Source: Lama glama (Eukaryota). Taken from it: a stretch of DNA of 64,000 bases. Of this stretch, positions 61,325 through 64,000 are shown in pieces. The stretch covers positions 30,072,001-30,136,000 of the forward strand of contig CM052816.1 in NCBI GenBank assembly GCA_028534125.1, read 5' to 3'. The translations under genes and the position numbers were made by a program. Positions within the stretch are counted from its first letter, which is position 1. Each line of letters begins with the position of its first letter. A model generated the notes under the pieces. It made no database searches. It saw nothing but the letters and a program-made list of their open reading frames with translations, and was not told the origin of the DNA.

Positions 61325-61704
61325 CTCCAGACAGGCTAGAGTAGAGGTGATAACAAACACCTCCCGAATCTCAGTAGCTTAAAACAGCAGATGTGTTTGT
61401 CTCTCATGTTAAACATCCACTGAGGCTCACTGTGAGCTTTGCTTTGCATCCTCCTTATTCCTGGATCCAGGCTCACAGAACAAGCAGTTCTTCATGGTAG
61501 CAAAGGGGAAAAAGGAGTGGTGAGTCCCATCCTGGCATTAAAATTTGTTCCCAAGAGTGCCACATGTCACCTGTGCTAACATTTCCTTTGGCCATGGTGA
61601 ATCCATGGCCACATAAAACCTCAAGGGTGTAGACAAATACAGTGCTGCAATGTCCTTGGGAAGCAAACTGGAAAAATGTGATGGAGATTATGAATGACCA
61701 CCAC
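61325..61704 (-). mobile_element. MaLR LTR, MLT1J/I-like
   Basis: taacaaacacctcccgaatctcagtagcttaaaacagca...acatttcctttggcca...catggccaca...aatgaccaccac. Confidence 0.8.
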
Positions 61705-62504
61705 GGTGTTCGTAGGTTAACGTCCAGTAAAAATGCTTCCCGTGGGGCCAACGGGGAAGATCAAACACTTCAGGTACAGTAGGTAACACCCTTGCTCTGA
61801 ATTACAGACGTCACACCCATTGTCCTGCACACTGCTGCTACACAGAAAGGCTTGACCAGGTGGCCAGATTGCCGCCGCCACCTCTTCCTTTTCAGGAGAA
61901 GCTGGAAAGATACGTTGTTACATGAAGTATCTTTAAAAATATTGGCTCATTGTTTATAAACATTGTGTTTTTATAAGATTGTGATCAAAGATGGTGCAGT
62001 GCAGCCATGCGGAGGACCCATTGGCCACTACTGAACTTTGGAATGGAAAGCGGGTGAAAGCAGGTAGTGGAGAGACAGGGGCCTGGGAGGAAGGAGACCT
62101 ATGTGCTGGTCCTGGTGACGTGATGAACTACTCTGGAGACACTGAGTGAGGCATGACCCTCTTTCCTCATCTGTAAAACAGGTAGATTGTGCGAGGTCCG
62201 TGATGAGGCTGAGTATCATAGAATGGATCCAGCAGTTCAAGGGGCTCCCTGGGGTCATAGACAGAGTTGTTTCTCCATCTCCTTGCACTGGATAGTGTAA
62301 ATTTGATGGACATTAAACCATAATTCCTTTCTCTGTTGTGCTGGGCACTGGGGCAGGGACCAGCAATCTGAGAGGGAGATTCAGCTTTCATAGAACACTC
62401 AGTGCTGTCGACACAGACTTTAGCCAGAGCTGCCCTTGAAGAACCGAGTCTCTGAAGTCCTTTTTTACGGAAGAATGATGGCACCCTATAAAGTATCTCA
62501 AAAG

Positions 62505-62750
62505 GGGAGATGGTGGCATAATCGCTAAATTAGGAGCTTTGACTTTGGTGAAAGATTTGGGTTTAAATTGGGCTCTGCTGGTTCCCACCTGTATCACCTG
62601 ACCTGGTCCCATCCCTTGTCCTTTTCTGCTTCAGATTCTTCATCCATAGAACTGGGGTGATAAATAATGGTATTTTTTCACAAAGCTGTTGGGAAGGTTA
62701 AATAAGACAATATGTATAAAGTGCCTAATATGTAAGGTTTCTAAGCTGTT
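62505..62750 (+). mobile_element. MIR SINE
   Basis: gatttgggtttaaatt...cttcagattcttcatccatagaactggggtgataa...ggttaaataagacaatatgtataaagtgcct. Confidence 0.8.
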
Positions 62751-64000
62751 ACTGGTACTTTTGTGCCTTGGCTTCTTCCCCTTCCAGCCTCCCCCTACAC
62801 GTGATAGTTCTGGAACCTGATCATGTGTCTTACAGCTTTCATTGAGATGGTGCTCAGTGTGTGACAGAAGGAACTGTCGGCTTTTTCACTTGCTGCTTTT
62901 TCTTTTTTTCCCTAATCGGACCTTAAGTAAATGTAGCTTTGTACCTTTGGAATTAGGAACCTAGAAAGGAGATGGCTTTAGGGGGAATTCTTGTCCTGGA
63001 CTTGTTTTGTATGAACATTTCAGTTTAAGAATTATGTCTATATTAACCGGAGGGGATTTTCATTGTGCTGCAAGTCTGGTAAGAACCTGAAATAACTGCT
63101 TCAATACCATCGATGTGAATCCACTTGGCATAACTAAGGCCAGCAAGATTGTTCTTCAGACACTGTGTCTTCAAGTTAGAAAATCTGAAACATGGTGGCA
63201 ATTAGCAAAGTAAATATTTCTTGAAATTTATTGAGGTTGTGTTTTTCTTGTGATGAATTTGGAGGCCTGTGGGTAACAAGGCTAATTGGAATCGTTGCAG
63301 CTTCAAAGTACATTAGCTTTGATTTAAAGCTTTGACGACCCTCTGAAATTTAAGCTATTGTGGCATCATTTTATTGGCTATTTACCTGTGTTATCATTGC
63401 AAGGATCAGAGTTGATCATTAAGTAACTGAATATTCAGCTAAATATGTCATAGCTGTGATCAGTTTCTTTCCACTGGGAAAGAGTCTTTGCCTGCTTTAG
63501 GTTATACCTGAGTGAAACCTCTTGAACTGTCTGTTACATACACCATGTGATTCTGAAACTAATTACTTAAAAGACGACTTTGGGTTCTTGTTTTTAAAAT
63601 TTTTTTTTAAATCACGAGCACATTACTCATCTGCTAAAACATTTGACTTTTATTACACTCATTTTGTCTTTGGAGAAGATCCACTTTGCTTCTCAAAGAC
63701 AAAATTGAGCTTTTTTTTTTTCCCCCTCCAAGTAGATCCTGTCATAAATGCTAGTTCTTGAATTCAAAATGAGCATACACTTTTTTGGAATCAAATTTTA
63801 GTTCCACTTTGTTGAAGTTATTGCACAAAAGACAAAATCTGTGTTTTTTATGGAAGTACAATATGATCTTTAAAAAAAAAAAGGCTTAGTGTTGTAGCTT
63901 TCCCCCCTGATTTTAGAATTACGCATCCCCCTTGTAAATGTGGAGCTGTGTCACATTACCCTGCCAAGTAAAAATAAAGCTGTTGATTTTTTGAAATGTT

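Noticed and set aside
1..64000. CRISPR arrays, prokaryotic systems, rRNA, NUMT, intact retroviral or transposase genes
   Set aside because: No regularly spaced repeats, long ORFs or recognisable homology; the sequence is eutherian non-coding DNA

Overview
Mammalian genomic DNA, AT-rich and CpG-depleted, most likely camelid (Camelus/Vicugna), judged from a camelid-type tRNA-derived SINE at ~41.2 kb, a camelid-type L1 3' tail at ~33.2 kb and a young solo LTR at ~29.7 kb. It reads as a large intron or an intergenic region. A large share is interspersed repeat: ancient MIR, L2 and CR1; old and young L1; MaLR, ERVL and ERV1 LTRs; Tigger and hAT DNA transposons. These are separated by repeat-poor stretches. 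I cannot support any host protein-coding gene, RNA gene or CRISPR array, and the only recognisable protein-like ORFs are decayed L1 ORF1/ORF2 pieces. No new biological system can be established from sequence alone. The best leads are: (1) an LTR-inside-LTR at 42.2-43.05 kb that is the only CpG-island-like patch, with promoter motifs, apparently disabled polyA signals and a splice donor; (2) several plus-strand exon candidates, including a 19-nt microexon at 48280; (3) a TSD-flanked L1 5'UTR+ORF1-only insertion with no polyA tail and a possibly foreign 5' extension; (4) small motif clusters (TALE, GATA, TCF) in unique DNA. Repeat family names come from recalled consensus similarity, not a database search, and boundaries of old repeats are approximate.
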